A program made the position numbers and the translations under genes. This document shows, piece after piece, positions 21,208-31,992 of a DNA stretch of 64,000 nt. The notes under the pieces were generated by a model. The model saw only the letters and a program-made list of their open reading frames with translations. It was not told where the DNA came from and ran no database searches. Position 1 is the stretch's first letter, and each line of letters starts with the position of its first letter. Source of the DNA: an uncultured virus (IMG/VR IMGVR_UViG_3300022241_000068) (taxonomy: Duplodnaviria; Heunggongvirae; Uroviricota; Caudoviricetes); the IMG/VR virus record IMGVR_UViG_3300022241_000068; one strand, 5' to 3'.

Positions 21208-21771
21208 CTATTTACTTGTAAAGAAAAAAAGTTGAACTAATCTAGGATTTTCTGTATAAAGACTAGCAGAATGTATCATCTTAGCATCCCAAATTACTAG
21301 TCTATTATATACTCCTCCAACTTTATCTACAAGTTCCCAATTATCTGGGTGAGTAATATTATATTCTGAATATACTTCTTGTAATTGGATATCAGAAGCT
21401 GGAGGTCTTCTGTTACCATATTTTTTATCTTTCCAAAAAGATGTACCCATTTGATCACCATCTTTTGTAAGGTACACTGCTGCAGCATACTCTTGAGTAT
21501 CACTGTGATAAACTAAAGGGTTATTCTTATCAGTGATTTGGAAACAACCATTATAAGGTTGATTTAACCAATCAATAATTTGAACACCTAATAGTCTTTC
21601 AAATTCTTCTTTTACATAAGGGAATAAGTGTCTCTCTTTAGATCTTAAACCTTTGTAATGATTATTATTTTCTACAAACTCTTGTGAATTTGCATACCTA
21701 ACAACTTCATCTGGATCTTTATAAAAATCATCGACTACTACAATGTTAGGTTTTTTACTGTTAAAATTCAT
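21208..21771 (-). CDS. 2OG-Fe(II) oxygenase (DUF6445-like)
   Basis: 'VVVDDFYKDPD', HxD (YHSD), 'AAVYL', 'YNRLVIWD...HS', 'RLVQLFFF'. Confidence 0.8.
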   Translation of the reverse strand: MNFNSKKPNIVVVDDFYKDPDEVVRYANSQEFVENNNHYKGLRSKERHLFPYVKEEFERLLGVQIIDWLNQPYNGCFQITDKNNPLVYHSDTQEYAAAVYLTKDGDQMGTSFWKDKKYGNRRPPASDIQLQEVYSEYNITHPDNWELVDKVGGVYNRLVIWDAKMIHSASLYTENPRLVQLFFFTSK

Positions 21772-21818
21772 AAATTTAATTTTAGGTTAAAAAATTGGGT
21801 GTTCCCTAATATTAAATT

Positions 21819-22619
21819 TTAATGAAAAAAATTAAAAAATGCATCAGGAACAATTATAGATTCTCCAAGAGTTCCTAATTTTGATTTTTGAGCTATATTT
21901 AAATTTGGGTCTGCTAACAATTTTGCTTCAGCAGAAGACAATGCTCTATTATACATTCTGAAATCATCCAAAATTACATTAGGAGCATAACCTACTAAAT
22001 AATCTGCATACCATAATCCAAATGCAAATCCAACACCTCCACTATTAAAACTAGTTGCACCATGTCCTGTGGTAGTTGCATCTAAGTTTCCATTCATGTA
22101 CCAATATATAGAACCACCATCTCTTATAATAGTCCAATGGCTCCAATCTTTAAAAGGTAATGTTGTAGTAGCTCTACTAGTATCATTTCCGTTTAAATAA
22201 ATTCTTAAATTATCTTGTCCTGAAAATTGACTTATAGTATAACCTCCTTGACCAAATTGCGTAACAGTTCCTATTATACCTTCAGCTCCAGCAGGGGCTC
22301 CTGATTTATTATTATATAACCAAAAACTAAAACTAAAATTTCCAGTACCAAAATCAAATCTACTATTAGGATTAATGTATGCGGCATTTTCTACTACACC
22401 TTCAAACTTTATAGCAGATCTTGTATTTTTAAAACCATTACTAGCAACAGGAGATGCTGTAGAAACATTAAAAGTAGCATGAAGATTATTACCTGAAGAA
22501 TCAATTAATGTTTTACCCATGTGACCTTTGCACATATGTAAAATTAAACCATTCTTAAGTCTTGAATCTAATTCCTCATCACTGAAATTTTTTATATTCC
22601 GTCTTCTATGTAAGAACAT
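21819..22619 (-). CDS. LamG/concanavalin A-like lectin domain protein
   Basis: 'DSSGNNLHAT', 'NFSFSFW', 'WSHW', 'YMNG', 'LDDFRMYNRALS.AE'. Confidence 0.85.
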   Translation of the reverse strand: MFLHRRRNIKNFSDEELDSRLKNGLILHMCKGHMGKTLIDSSGNNLHATFNVSTASPVASNGFKNTRSAIKFEGVVENAAYINPNSRFDFGTGNFSFSFWLYNNKSGAPAGAEGIIGTVTQFGQGGYTISQFSGQDNLRIYLNGNDTSRATTTLPFKDWSHWTIIRDGGSIYWYMNGNLDATTTGHGATSFNSGGVGFAFGLWYADYLVGYAPNVILDDFRMYNRALSSAEAKLLADPNLNIAQKSKLGTLGESIIVPDAFFNFFH

Positions 22620-23119
22620 TAGATTATTGTTTCATATACAGGAGTTACGTATAAAGCATGATTAGATCCAGTAGAGTTTAAATTTACTCCAGTATTATGC
22701 GTTACATAAACTACAAACTTTTTAGGTACAACTCCCCCAAATAAAGATGCAACAGATATTGGTCCAAACCAATATTGCACATTACTAGTATTGTTAGTTG
22801 CTATAATAGCTGCTAATTTTGCAGTAGCATCACGTATTTGGATATTAGTAAAAGTTTCATCACTATCTGTACCATCAAAAACATCTGGAAAAGTGCTATC
22901 TTCTATTAGTCCTATTACATATATTCTAATTTCTTTGGCATCTGTAGGAGAAGTTCCAGTAGCTATTTTACCAGCTAATAAATAATCTATATAAAGATTT
23001 GTTGTATTATCTACTGCAGTACTTTCTCTTCCTGCTACAAAAGTAGAAGATGTAGCTAAACTTGCTAAAGTAATAGTTAAAGCACTACTTGATCCATATG
23101 CTAATTTTACACTACTCAT
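22619..23119 (-). CDS. Beta-rich structural protein
   Basis: 166 aa, T/S/A-rich, in the fibre module. Confidence 0.55.
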   Translation of the reverse strand: MSSVKLAYGSSSALTITLASLATSSTFVAGRESTAVDNTTNLYIDYLLAGKIATGTSPTDAKEIRIYVIGLIEDSTFPDVFDGTDSDETFTNIQIRDATAKLAAIIATNNTSNVQYWFGPISVASLFGGVVPKKFVVYVTHNTGVNLNSTGSNHALYVTPVYETII

Positions 23120-23376
23120 ATTTGTTCAGTTACTTGTAATTCTGTTAGTATTAATTGTTTTATTTCTGCTTCTACTAAAGCAAGTTTATTTAAAACTGCG
23201 TTGTTCAAAGGTACTTGCCCAGAAGCATTTGAGTTAGATCCAAATACTGTAAAACTAATATATGCATTAGGATTATCTTCTCCTAATTCATAATTAACAA
23301 GTTTAAAGTTAACTCTGGTTATATTATTTTTGAATTTTAATCTAACTCTATCTATTGGTACAATATTTATTTCCAT
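23116..23376 (-). CDS. Hypothetical protein (possible fibre chaperone)
   Basis: 86-aa coupled ORF after a fibre gene. Confidence 0.5.
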   Translation of the reverse strand: MEINIVPIDRVRLKFKNNITRVNFKLVNYELGEDNPNAYISFTVFGSNSNASGQVPLNNAVLNKLALVEAEIKQLILTELQVTEQI

Positions 23377-23379
23377 AAT

Positions 23380-23841
23380 TTAAGTTTCAACTGCATAAGC
23401 TATTAATTGCCATTTATTTAAACTATTATCTGTATTATACATAAATCCTAAGTGCATTATTTTTCCTGCAACAGTTGTAGTAGGTAAAGATATACCCCCT
23501 GGACTATATGCTGCATTGAAAGCTAATGTTTGAGCGCCTCCATTATCTTTAATCCTTATTATTAATTTTTGACCATTTACGGGTGTTCCTGTTGGTGCTC
23601 CAAAAGTTGCTCCTACAGCTAATGCTGTTAAATTATATAAATCTGTAGTATCTGCATTAGGAGTTGGTGCAGCAGTACTTGTTGTACCATTAACTCTAGG
23701 TGCAGATATATTTGTTGATCCTTGACTCCCCTGATTACCTTGTGTACCCTGGAACCCCTGTGCTCCTTGGTTACCCTGAAAGCCTTGCGCCCCCTGAGCT
23801 CCTTGGAAACCCTGTAAGAAATCAATTATATCTTTAGCCAC
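23380..23841 (-). CDS. Short collagen-like fibre protein with C-terminal beta-sandwich
   Basis: ~10 G-X-Q triplets, then 'PTGTPVNGQKLIIRIKDNG'. Confidence 0.7.
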   Translation of the reverse strand: MAKDIIDFLQGFQGAQGAQGFQGNQGAQGFQGTQGNQGSQGSTNISAPRVNGTTSTAAPTPNADTTDLYNLTALAVGATFGAPTGTPVNGQKLIIRIKDNGGAQTLAFNAAYSPGGISLPTTTVAGKIMHLGFMYNTDNSLNKWQLIAYAVET

Positions 23842-23844
23842 TTT

Positions 23845-25506
23845 TTAATATATCATTATCCTATGTAAAACTGTCAATGTGTTCCCTAAAGAGTATAACC
23901 ACTTTACATTTTCAGATGCATCGTAATTCTTAACCCATATTTTTTGTCCTAATACAGCAGCGCCATCTGTATACATATTTGTATTAAATGGTTCCATTTG
24001 GTTCCCTACAATATCAAATCTAAAAAATCTATTAGTTGCGTCTTTCTTAATGTACAAATATTGCCCAGACTGAAAAGCAGAACTACCAGTAGTAAAAGTT
24101 TCTGTTCCAATGTATGTAACTGCTGCCCAAGAGCCAGCTCCTGCTGTTCCTCCTGCAATATCAAATCTATCAATCAACGCTCCTCCACCACCTCTCATTG
24201 AATAAATATATCTACCATCTTGTATGTCATTTTCATTAGCCCATGTAGCATTGCCTGTTTCAGATACCCAATCTAAACACATACCTGTTGATGGGGCTGC
24301 GCCTCTTGCGCTTGTTGGAGCAAGAGTAGACCATGTATTACCAGAAACAGAATACTTATACATAGTAACAGCGTTATTACCAGCTAAGTACATGTTATCT
24401 TCATTACTTTCAATTATATAAACAGAAGTAGAATCAGGTTGAGTAGTCCATCCAGAAACAGTTAAACTTGTTCCATTATTATCTGTTATATTTCTTATTT
24501 GACCTATACCAGTGCCTGATACTATTCTAACTTGATAATTTATCCATTGATCTGCTGTCCAAGATTTACCAGAGTTTACAATTGTAGTAGCTGTTGCTGA
24601 TGTAGCAACACCTGTAGCATACCCTGGTTTTCCTCCTGTTATTTGATAAACAGATGTAGCATCTCCTGCACTAATAGCACTTTCGAAAGTTAATACTGTT
24701 GCGGTATTTGATGCTATTTTCACAAACTGCCCTTCTCCTGTGCCATCTATAATAAACAGATACATACCTTTATATGCATCTATTACCCAAGCTTTATTTG
24801 TATCTGTTAAAGAAGTTGTAGATGCTGAAGTAGCTGTACCGTTTTGAAGTATCTGTGCTAATTTAGCTGTACTAACAACTCTTCCATCTGTACCAAATGT
24901 TGCTGGCAAACCTGTGGTAGTTAAATTTGCTTGCCATGTATATGTAGCAATGTCAAATGTTTTCCAAGATCCTGCTGCTGTTGTTCCTGCGTTCATACAG
25001 AAGAATCTTCCAGAGCCTACCCTAAATGTATCGTTATTTGCAACCGATGCCCCTACTGCGGAGTCAAATGTTATAGTTATGGTTCCAGCACCAGCATTGT
25101 TTCTGACATTGGTGATATACCTTCTTAATCCTAAATTTGTCCCATTTAAAAATTCTATGGTTTTACCTAATGCAAAATTATTTATATTGTGTGTGGCTGC
25201 TGCTACTGTCGCAGTAGTCGTAGATCCACCAGTAGCTGTATAAGTTATTGACCAAGGTGTAAATGTACCACAAGCTCCAGCACCAAATGTACCTGCTAAG
25301 GCCCCAGAAGGGATTTGAGTAAAACCATCTTGTTCATGAGAATATAAATATTGAACAGTAGATGATGTTACATATAAAGATAAATCTGGGCTAGAAGAAC
25401 CTGGTGTAACAACATACATAGCTGCTGCTGTTGCAACAGGAGCAGGAGTCATCATTTGCCATTCCTTCCTATGTAATAAAGGTAAATTATTATTTGTAAC
25501 TCCCAT
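23845..25506 (-). CDS. Fibre/receptor-binding-like protein with internal repeats and kelch-like blades
   Basis: Repeated 'ATSA...W..D......I..GTG.GQ...I..N....LT' units; 'YSVSGNTWSTLAP'. Confidence 0.6.
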   Translation of the reverse strand: MGVTNNNLPLLHRKEWQMMTPAPVATAAAMYVVTPGSSSPDLSLYVTSSTVQYLYSHEQDGFTQIPSGALAGTFGAGACGTFTPWSITYTATGGSTTTATVAAATHNINNFALGKTIEFLNGTNLGLRRYITNVRNNAGAGTITITFDSAVGASVANNDTFRVGSGRFFCMNAGTTAAGSWKTFDIATYTWQANLTTTGLPATFGTDGRVVSTAKLAQILQNGTATSASTTSLTDTNKAWVIDAYKGMYLFIIDGTGEGQFVKIASNTATVLTFESAISAGDATSVYQITGGKPGYATGVATSATATTIVNSGKSWTADQWINYQVRIVSGTGIGQIRNITDNNGTSLTVSGWTTQPDSTSVYIIESNEDNMYLAGNNAVTMYKYSVSGNTWSTLAPTSARGAAPSTGMCLDWVSETGNATWANENDIQDGRYIYSMRGGGGALIDRFDIAGGTAGAGSWAAVTYIGTETFTTGSSAFQSGQYLYIKKDATNRFFRFDIVGNQMEPFNTNMYTDGAAVLGQKIWVKNYDASENVKWLYSLGNTLTVLHRIMIY

Positions 25507-25919
25507 TAAACTATGTTATTTATATTAGACATTATAGCTGTCTGATTTTGATTATTTTGTATAAGAGATGATGCAGAAAAACCTCCTATATTTGTCTGAT
25601 TTGCTAACGTGGTGACACTTGTTACTGTAGAAACAGTAGTTACTGTACTCACTGTGGTTACAGTAGAAACTGTAGTAACTACACCAGAAAGAAGTGTAAC
25701 TCTTAAGTCAGCAGCTATACCTCTTACAGAAGGTAGAAAATCTAATCTTGAAACTAGTTCTTGAATAGCTTCTGCTATAAGTGCCAATTCTCTTTGCTCT
25801 TCAGCAGATGTTACATCCTCTACCTGAAGCTTATTATCTGCACTTACTTCTGCATAAATTCCAGATTGATTTCTTATTAATGTTGAATCTATGGCTCCCA
25901 TTATGTTAATCTTTGCCAA
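25506..25919 (-). CDS. Structural protein with VTTVST repeats
   Basis: VTTVSTVTTVSTVTTVSTVTSVTT. Confidence 0.6.
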   Translation of the reverse strand: MAKINIMGAIDSTLIRNQSGIYAEVSADNKLQVEDVTSAEEQRELALIAEAIQELVSRLDFLPSVRGIAADLRVTLLSGVVTTVSTVTTVSTVTTVSTVTSVTTLANQTNIGGFSASSLIQNNQNQTAIMSNINNIV

Positions 25920-28423
25920 TCACTATTGTCACTAACAATAGAGAATGTCGTATTTTGGAAAAGTATTGTTTTTGTTAAATCGTTATCTATTGTCTCTGTA
26001 TTATTAGCATCTACAGTTACAGTATTTGCCGTTGCATCTATTTTCTTGAATACAAATTCAGCTAAATTTCCTACAGCAGTTGGTAAATTAATAGTAATAT
26101 TTGAAGAAGTTGCATCCACTAATACTAAATGTTTACCTCCTGTATTTGTTAAATTATAAGGTGTAGTAGATACATTGATTTTATTATAAACTGCTGGAGA
26201 ATCAGGAAAGCCTTGAGATAAGTATGTATCAAATTTCCACCCTTGATCAGAACCAGAATATACTAAATTAAAAGATATATCTTGAACAGTACAAAGTAAA
26301 TCATCAGCAAACCCTTGTATCTTTTCACCATTTCTTAAAACGGTAAGATTATTTACATTGAAATTGCTTTTAGAATCTGCTACTGCTATAGTATCTCCTA
26401 TTGCTGGTGTTGCTGGTAATGTTAAATTCCAACTACCACCTGTTGTATCAGCTAATATACCTTCCCCAGAAACTGCTGTATAATTAGCAGATTTACTTAT
26501 CCAAGTTATTCCAGATCCGTCATTACCTTGAAAACCTTGGTTTCCTTGGAATCCTTGATTACCCTGAAAACCCTGAGCACCTTGTGACCCTGCAGATCCT
26601 GCAGCACCTTGAAAACCTTGATCTCCCTGTGCACCATTAGAACCAGTATTTCCCTGAAACCCCTGGTTACCTTGAGCACCATTATTACCCTGGAATCCTT
26701 GGAATCCTTGTGCCCCATTATTACCTTGTGCACCTTGGGAACCTGTATCTCCTTGAGCACCTACTGATCCTTGATTTCCAACAGACCCTTGTTGGCCTTG
26801 AAAACCTTGATTACCCTGGTTCCCCTGTTGTCCTTGAAATCCTTGGAAGCCCTGATTACCTTGAGAACCTGTACTACCTTGTGCTCCAATATCTCCTTGA
26901 GCTCCTGTTAATCCCTGAGTTCCTTGAAATCCCTGAGCACCTACATCTCCTTGAAAGCCTTGATTACCTTGAGATCCAGTTAAACCTTGAAAACCCTGAA
27001 AACCTTGTGCTCCAACGTTACCCTGATGTCCTTGTGAACCTTGATTTCCAGTAAGACCTTGAAATCCTTGACTCCCTTGAGAACCAGTATCACCTTTGTC
27101 ACCTGTCCTCGCAAAAGTAATTATTATATCTTCGTTATTAGAAAAGCTAGTAGTAGATCCAGAAACATATGCACAATTTACTTCAAAGTATCCAGCATTT
27201 TCTGTTAAAGAACTTATTGTAAATAATGCAAAGTCAGAAGCGTCTAACCTATTAGAAATTCTAAAGTGACCTTTAATAGTAGATGTTGAGTCATCTATTG
27301 TTCTTAAGAAAGGTTGTATATCAGTTGCATTATCATCTTCATCATCTATATATAATGCTGTAGATAAACTTAGATCTGCATTGTTAAACTTTAATCTACC
27401 AGTAGTAGGATCTGTATTTGCAGTATTTGTATCAAAAGTATAATCAAAAGTGGCTCCACCAAAATTACCTTCTTGTCCTTGATTTCCCTGGTTTCCTTGA
27501 TTACCTTGGAACCCCTGAAATCCTTGAGCCCCTTGGTTTCCTTGTGTTCCACTAGAACCTTGAGTTCCTTGTAAACCCTGAAAGCCTTGATCTCCTTGAA
27601 AACCTTGAGTTCCAATATTTCCTTGAAAACCCTGCGCTCCAGTTACACCTTGTAAACCTTGTGCTCCTTGACTACCTTGACTACCTATAGCTCCTTGAAA
27701 TCCTTGGTCACCCTGAGCTCCATTAGCCCCATTAGAACCTTGAAATCCTTGAGAACCAACAGCTCCCTGAGCTCCTACAGAACCTTGTGAACCTTGAGCC
27801 CCATTACTTCCATTACTTCCTTGAAAACCTTGTGAACCTTGTGATCCCTGAAAACCTTGGAAACCTTGAGCGCCAGCAGCAGCTGTAATATTTAATGTAA
27901 CTTTATTACCAACTCTTACAAGACTTACTCCTGCACCTGTAGCATCAAAAGTATCTACATCACCAGCAGTACCTAAATTAACTCCTTCATCTTGAAATTG
28001 TATGGAATTATTTTTAGTTAACCATTGTGCAGCAGCTGCTAATGTAGCTGGAGTAACAAAAACTGTATTAGATACTCCAGCATCAACTTCTGGTTGCGTA
28101 GCCTGGTTGGGGAATTCCCCCATATAAATCCAAGTAACACCATCACTTATATAGAAACCTTTTGCGCAGAAACTTCCTCCTAACCAAGAAGGTATCCATT
28201 TAGTACCAGTAGATTGTAATACAGCATATATTGCTCCATCAATAGGTACAGGATCTGGTAAATCTGCACATGTGTTTACAATGGGTATACCAGTAATAAC
28301 ATGTTCAGCTAAATATTGTTCTATGATTTCATTAACGCTGCAGCAAAAAGCTCCATCTCTGTAGATCTTTCTTCTAAAAGCAGAATCACTCTGCTTTATT
28401 GCATCGTAAAATTTTTGTGACAA
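25901..28423 (-). CDS. Collagen-like fibre protein
   Basis: Two long G-X-Q tracts split by a globular domain; two C-terminal 'D[TA]T.G...[LI].LP' domains. Confidence 0.85.
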   Translation of the reverse strand: MSQKFYDAIKQSDSAFRRKIYRDGAFCCSVNEIIEQYLAEHVITGIPIVNTCADLPDPVPIDGAIYAVLQSTGTKWIPSWLGGSFCAKGFYISDGVTWIYMGEFPNQATQPEVDAGVSNTVFVTPATLAAAAQWLTKNNSIQFQDEGVNLGTAGDVDTFDATGAGVSLVRVGNKVTLNITAAAGAQGFQGFQGSQGSQGFQGSNGSNGAQGSQGSVGAQGAVGSQGFQGSNGANGAQGDQGFQGAIGSQGSQGAQGLQGVTGAQGFQGNIGTQGFQGDQGFQGLQGTQGSSGTQGNQGAQGFQGFQGNQGNQGNQGQEGNFGGATFDYTFDTNTANTDPTTGRLKFNNADLSLSTALYIDDEDDNATDIQPFLRTIDDSTSTIKGHFRISNRLDASDFALFTISSLTENAGYFEVNCAYVSGSTTSFSNNEDIIITFARTGDKGDTGSQGSQGFQGLTGNQGSQGHQGNVGAQGFQGFQGLTGSQGNQGFQGDVGAQGFQGTQGLTGAQGDIGAQGSTGSQGNQGFQGFQGQQGNQGNQGFQGQQGSVGNQGSVGAQGDTGSQGAQGNNGAQGFQGFQGNNGAQGNQGFQGNTGSNGAQGDQGFQGAAGSAGSQGAQGFQGNQGFQGNQGFQGNDGSGITWISKSANYTAVSGEGILADTTGGSWNLTLPATPAIGDTIAVADSKSNFNVNNLTVLRNGEKIQGFADDLLCTVQDISFNLVYSGSDQGWKFDTYLSQGFPDSPAVYNKINVSTTPYNLTNTGGKHLVLVDATSSNITINLPTAVGNLAEFVFKKIDATANTVTVDANNTETIDNDLTKTILFQNTTFSIVSDNSDWQRLT

Positions 28424-28435
28424 TTTTTTGCACTT

Positions 28436-29929
28436 TTAAACAGCAAATTCAAAATAAACAGAAAGCCCTTGAGGAGTTCCAGCAGTAGCAGAAGTTCTTA
28501 TTTCAAGAACATTACCTGTAGATACTACAAAAGTATTCGATGTTGTTGAATTATGAACGTTATCTGTTAATACAGTGCTCATGCTTGTAGAGACAGTATC
28601 TTTATACAAAGTTATTGTTGTAGTATCTGTCGGTGCTGCTGTTGTATATATTCTACCACCGAATTTTGTACAAGTTTTTCCATTTAAATTGGAAGGTACT
28701 ATAAAATATATAGGTTGATTAGATGCATTTGTTATAGTAGTAGTACTCTCTACAAGATTTAAAGAATAAGAAATTACTTCATATCCAGGACCTTGAGTAC
28801 CTTGTGAGCCTTGGTTACCTTGAGTTCCTTGCGTTCCTTGGCTTCCTTGTGATCCTTGACTTCCCTGTGCACCATTACTTCCTTGAGCTCCAGTAGCTCC
28901 TTGAGATCCAGTGGATCCTTGAGCGCCCTGGGTTCCTGCATTACCTTGAGGACCTTGAGCACCTGCTGAACCCTGAGCTCCTGTAGCACCCTGTGCTCCT
29001 ACTGCTCCTTGTAAGCCTTGGGCTCCAGTAGCACCTTGAGCTCCCTGAGCTCCAGTAGTTCCCTGATCACCTTGAGGACCACCAGCATCACCTTGTGCAC
29101 CAATTGCCCCTTGTGCTCCTTGAGTACCACCTGGAGTACCAGCAACACCCTGAGAACCTTGTGCTCCCTGAGAACCAGTTGCACCTTGTACTCCTTGAGT
29201 ACCCTGTGCACCCTGTGCACCTTGTGTTCCTTGTGAACCCTGTACACCATCATTCCCTTGAGGGCCTTGTGCTCCTTGATCTCCTGTTAAACTCATGGTA
29301 AATAATTTACCTAAAGTTACAGTTGCAGGACCTGATGTATCATAATCATTCCCATCAGAACAATTTACACACCATATATTATATTGAAAAGAGGCTTCTA
29401 AGGTTGGATCTATATAAGATGCGCTATAAGAACCTGTAGCTCCATCAAAATCATTTATAATTAAGTTATCTTCTGAGCCACCTACTACTCTATATTCAGT
29501 AGTACATGAGCTACATGGAGTATCATTTGTAGATACATTTCCACATACACATCCTATTTCATCAGTAGCACCAGCTACAGGAGTTGTAAATTCTACTTCT
29601 AAAGTCTCTTCTAATACATTATTAGAAACAGCTGTATCACAAACAAAAGCTATTGTTGCTAACAAGTTTCCTGGTAACAAACTAATATCTGATACTAAAA
29701 AAGTAATATTTACTTCAACAGTTTCTCCAGAAGAAAAAGAACTTCCCCAGCTAAGAGTATTAGCTGCATATGAAACAGGATTTTTACTAGATGTAACACT
29801 TTGATATGTTAATCCAGGAATACTAGGAATGGTAACAGTAGCAGCACATGGTGCTCCTGCTGACTTAGTTATGGAGAATTTCCAAATAACTATGTCACCA
29901 TTATTTTGAACTTTATTAGGTAATAGCAT
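28436..29929 (-). CDS. Collagen-like fibre protein with N-terminal DUF11/Ig-like domain
   Basis: ~55 G-X-Q triplets; N-terminal 'GDIVIWKFSIT...PGLTYQS'. Confidence 0.8.
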   Translation of the reverse strand: MLLPNKVQNNGDIVIWKFSITKSAGAPCAATVTIPSIPGLTYQSVTSSKNPVSYAANTLSWGSSFSSGETVEVNITFLVSDISLLPGNLLATIAFVCDTAVSNNVLEETLEVEFTTPVAGATDEIGCVCGNVSTNDTPCSSCTTEYRVVGGSEDNLIINDFDGATGSYSASYIDPTLEASFQYNIWCVNCSDGNDYDTSGPATVTLGKLFTMSLTGDQGAQGPQGNDGVQGSQGTQGAQGAQGTQGVQGATGSQGAQGSQGVAGTPGGTQGAQGAIGAQGDAGGPQGDQGTTGAQGAQGATGAQGLQGAVGAQGATGAQGSAGAQGPQGNAGTQGAQGSTGSQGATGAQGSNGAQGSQGSQGSQGTQGTQGNQGSQGTQGPGYEVISYSLNLVESTTTITNASNQPIYFIVPSNLNGKTCTKFGGRIYTTAAPTDTTTITLYKDTVSTSMSTVLTDNVHNSTTSNTFVVSTGNVLEIRTSATAGTPQGLSVYFEFAV

Positions 29930-29941
29930 TATTATTTATAT

Positions 29942-30451
29942 TTATGATTGTATAAAAATCTCAGTAGGACCAGGATCAATAGAAATTTCTGGATCAACAT
30001 TTACACACACTTGTGTACAAGGATCACATTTTTGATATGACTCACAAAGTATTCCTTTACAAACATTCTTTATGTAAATAACAACGGAACCATAATCAGA
30101 TTTGAAATTACATTCTCCTTTACATTGTCCATAAATAGTTATTTCTACTCTCTCATTACCTACTGCAGTATTGCTTGTAGTGAAAGTTAATCCACTGCTA
30201 TTTATAGCATTTACAGTAATTAAATCAGGATGAGAATTAGAATAAACTTTAAAAGATAATATATCTGGTGAATCACAATCTATATCAAAGCAATCAAAAG
30301 GAACAAACCCTGTATTACCACATGGTCCTACAGAATCACATTCCGCAACAAGTATATGCCCTAATCTAAAACAATCTGTTTTTGTAGGACAAGGTGTGCC
30401 TGGAGTATAATTTCCAACACAAGTACATGGGTCATAGTATGGGCAGGCCAT
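29942..30451 (-). CDS. Cys-rich structural protein
   Basis: 169 aa with many Cys. Confidence 0.55.
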   Translation of the reverse strand: MACPYYDPCTCVGNYTPGTPCPTKTDCFRLGHILVAECDSVGPCGNTGFVPFDCFDIDCDSPDILSFKVYSNSHPDLITVNAINSSGLTFTTSNTAVGNERVEITIYGQCKGECNFKSDYGSVVIYIKNVCKGILCESYQKCDPCTQVCVNVDPEISIDPGPTEIFIQS

Positions 30452-30951
30452 TAGCAGTTACAATTTAATTTATCTAATTCTTTTTTTAATATATTATATT
30501 CATTATTCGCAGATTCAAAATTATTTAACTCAGCATGAGCATATATTGAATCCAAAGAAGCTTTTAATTTAATAACCTTTTCCCAAAAGTTATCGCTCTG
30601 TAAAATAGAAGCTTCTCTAACTAAATTAGCCATTCTGCATTCTGTATTGCATAAAATAGCTTTATTTTTTTGGTATGATATTCCACAAGAAGTAGTACTA
30701 AAACAATATATACCATCTATAAAACACTCCGTAGAAAATAATTCAGAAGAATTAAGTATTGTTGGAGAATCAGTTTTAATGGTTATTGTAGAAGTAATAT
30801 CTAATGGAGACTTTATTGTAAGTATGTATTCTTCCGCAGGAATATAATAATCTCCTTCCATCCACGTGGATAGATCTTTATATATTACTTTTCCACAAGA
30901 ATCAGGATATATAAAGAAATTATATTCTCCTTTTATACAACTACAATTCAT
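30451..30951 (-). CDS. Conserved virion-module protein
   Basis: 'DLSTW', 'FIDGIYCF'; C-terminal helical part ending CNC. Confidence 0.55.
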   Translation of the reverse strand: MNCSCIKGEYNFFIYPDSCGKVIYKDLSTWMEGDYYIPAEEYILTIKSPLDITSTITIKTDSPTILNSSELFSTECFIDGIYCFSTTSCGISYQKNKAILCNTECRMANLVREASILQSDNFWEKVIKLKASLDSIYAHAELNNFESANNEYNILKKELDKLNCNC

Positions 30952-30954
30952 TTA

Positions 30955-31653
30955 TTAATTTGATAATTTTACCCACCTAGCACCTCCAGCACTAATAGCC
31001 ATTAATTCTACATATTCTCCTTCAGCAGGTAAATATGTGTTAGCGCCATTAATATTTTCAGCTGCATTACCTTTTATAGTAAGAGTGTTACCTCCTGCAG
31101 TTTCAAAAAGAAATCTATAAAGTTCTCCTGTTTGAAGTCCTGGTAAAGCAGGAAGTGTTAAAATTACATTACCTCCAGTAGTGTCTACTATATACATTGT
31201 TCCTTTTTCTTCAGGAACATTACCTGTCATAGTTACAAAAGATGCATTTACAGTATCTTGAGTATTTGTTACTACTGATGTATCATGTATATTGATATCA
31301 TATATTAATGCAGTTTCATTCTCTCCTGGAATATTTCCATCTTCTGCATTTACAATAGTAGCAGTAATAGAAGCAGGTAGTAATGTGATATCATCTACAG
31401 TTACTTGTAGATATCCATGAGCACAAGCAGTTGCAGTACCATTAGCACCTAATAAAGGAATTGCCCATACTCTAGTGAGAGTGGTATATGTACCAACTTC
31501 TTTAATAAAACCATTTATGGTTATTCCAGCAGGAAATGCATCAAATGTTACAGTAACATTAGTAATACTTCCATCATTATCATTACACACATGTACAGGT
31601 AGCAATACTTTATCGCCATCAGCCTCTACTTTAAAATATTGAGTAAGTGCCAT
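30955..31653 (-). CDS. Decoration/fibre protein (DUF11-like plus DTTGG..LTLP domain)
   Basis: Shares domain types with 28436-29929 (N-terminal) and 25901-28423 (C-terminal). Confidence 0.55.
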   Translation of the reverse strand: MALTQYFKVEADGDKVLLPVHVCNDNDGSITNVTVTFDAFPAGITINGFIKEVGTYTTLTRVWAIPLLGANGTATACAHGYLQVTVDDITLLPASITATIVNAEDGNIPGENETALIYDINIHDTSVVTNTQDTVNASFVTMTGNVPEEKGTMYIVDTTGGNVILTLPALPGLQTGELYRFLFETAGGNTLTIKGNAAENINGANTYLPAEGEYVELMAISAGGARWVKLSN

Positions 31654-31666
31654 TATTTATTTTTAT

Positions 31667-31930
31667 TTAAATTTCTTTAACAATAGGGCCAGAAGTTGTC
31701 TGAACAGTAATACGTAACTTAATTACACCAGCAGTATTGATAATTTCAACAGTTGCAGGATATGTTATTTTACTATCAGAAGCATCTTTTGCTGGCATTT
31801 TTAGCTGGTTATCACAACAATCTAGCTTACAACAAGAATTGAATTCTTGTATATCAACAGTTTCTACAGAAACTCTTTCGCCATTTTTGTTTACTGACCA
31901 AGCAAAACCTTTAGCAATATGTACTTTCAT
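31667..31930 (-). CDS. Small hypothetical virion-module protein
   Basis: 87 aa, CCKLDCC motif. Confidence 0.55.
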   Translation of the reverse strand: MKVHIAKGFAWSVNKNGERVSVETVDIQEFNSCCKLDCCDNQLKMPAKDASDSKITYPATVEIINTAGVIKLRITVQTTSGPIVKEI

Positions 31931-31961
31931 TATATTTAATTATTATTTTTAATAGAAAGAT

Positions 31962-31987
31962 AAAAATGGGGAGATTTCTCTCCCCAT
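31962..31987 (-). terminator. Intrinsic terminator
   Basis: Minus strand ATGGGGAGA-GAAA-TCTCCCCAT followed by a T run, just after the 31993 gene. Confidence 0.75.
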
Positions 31988-31992
31988 AATTA

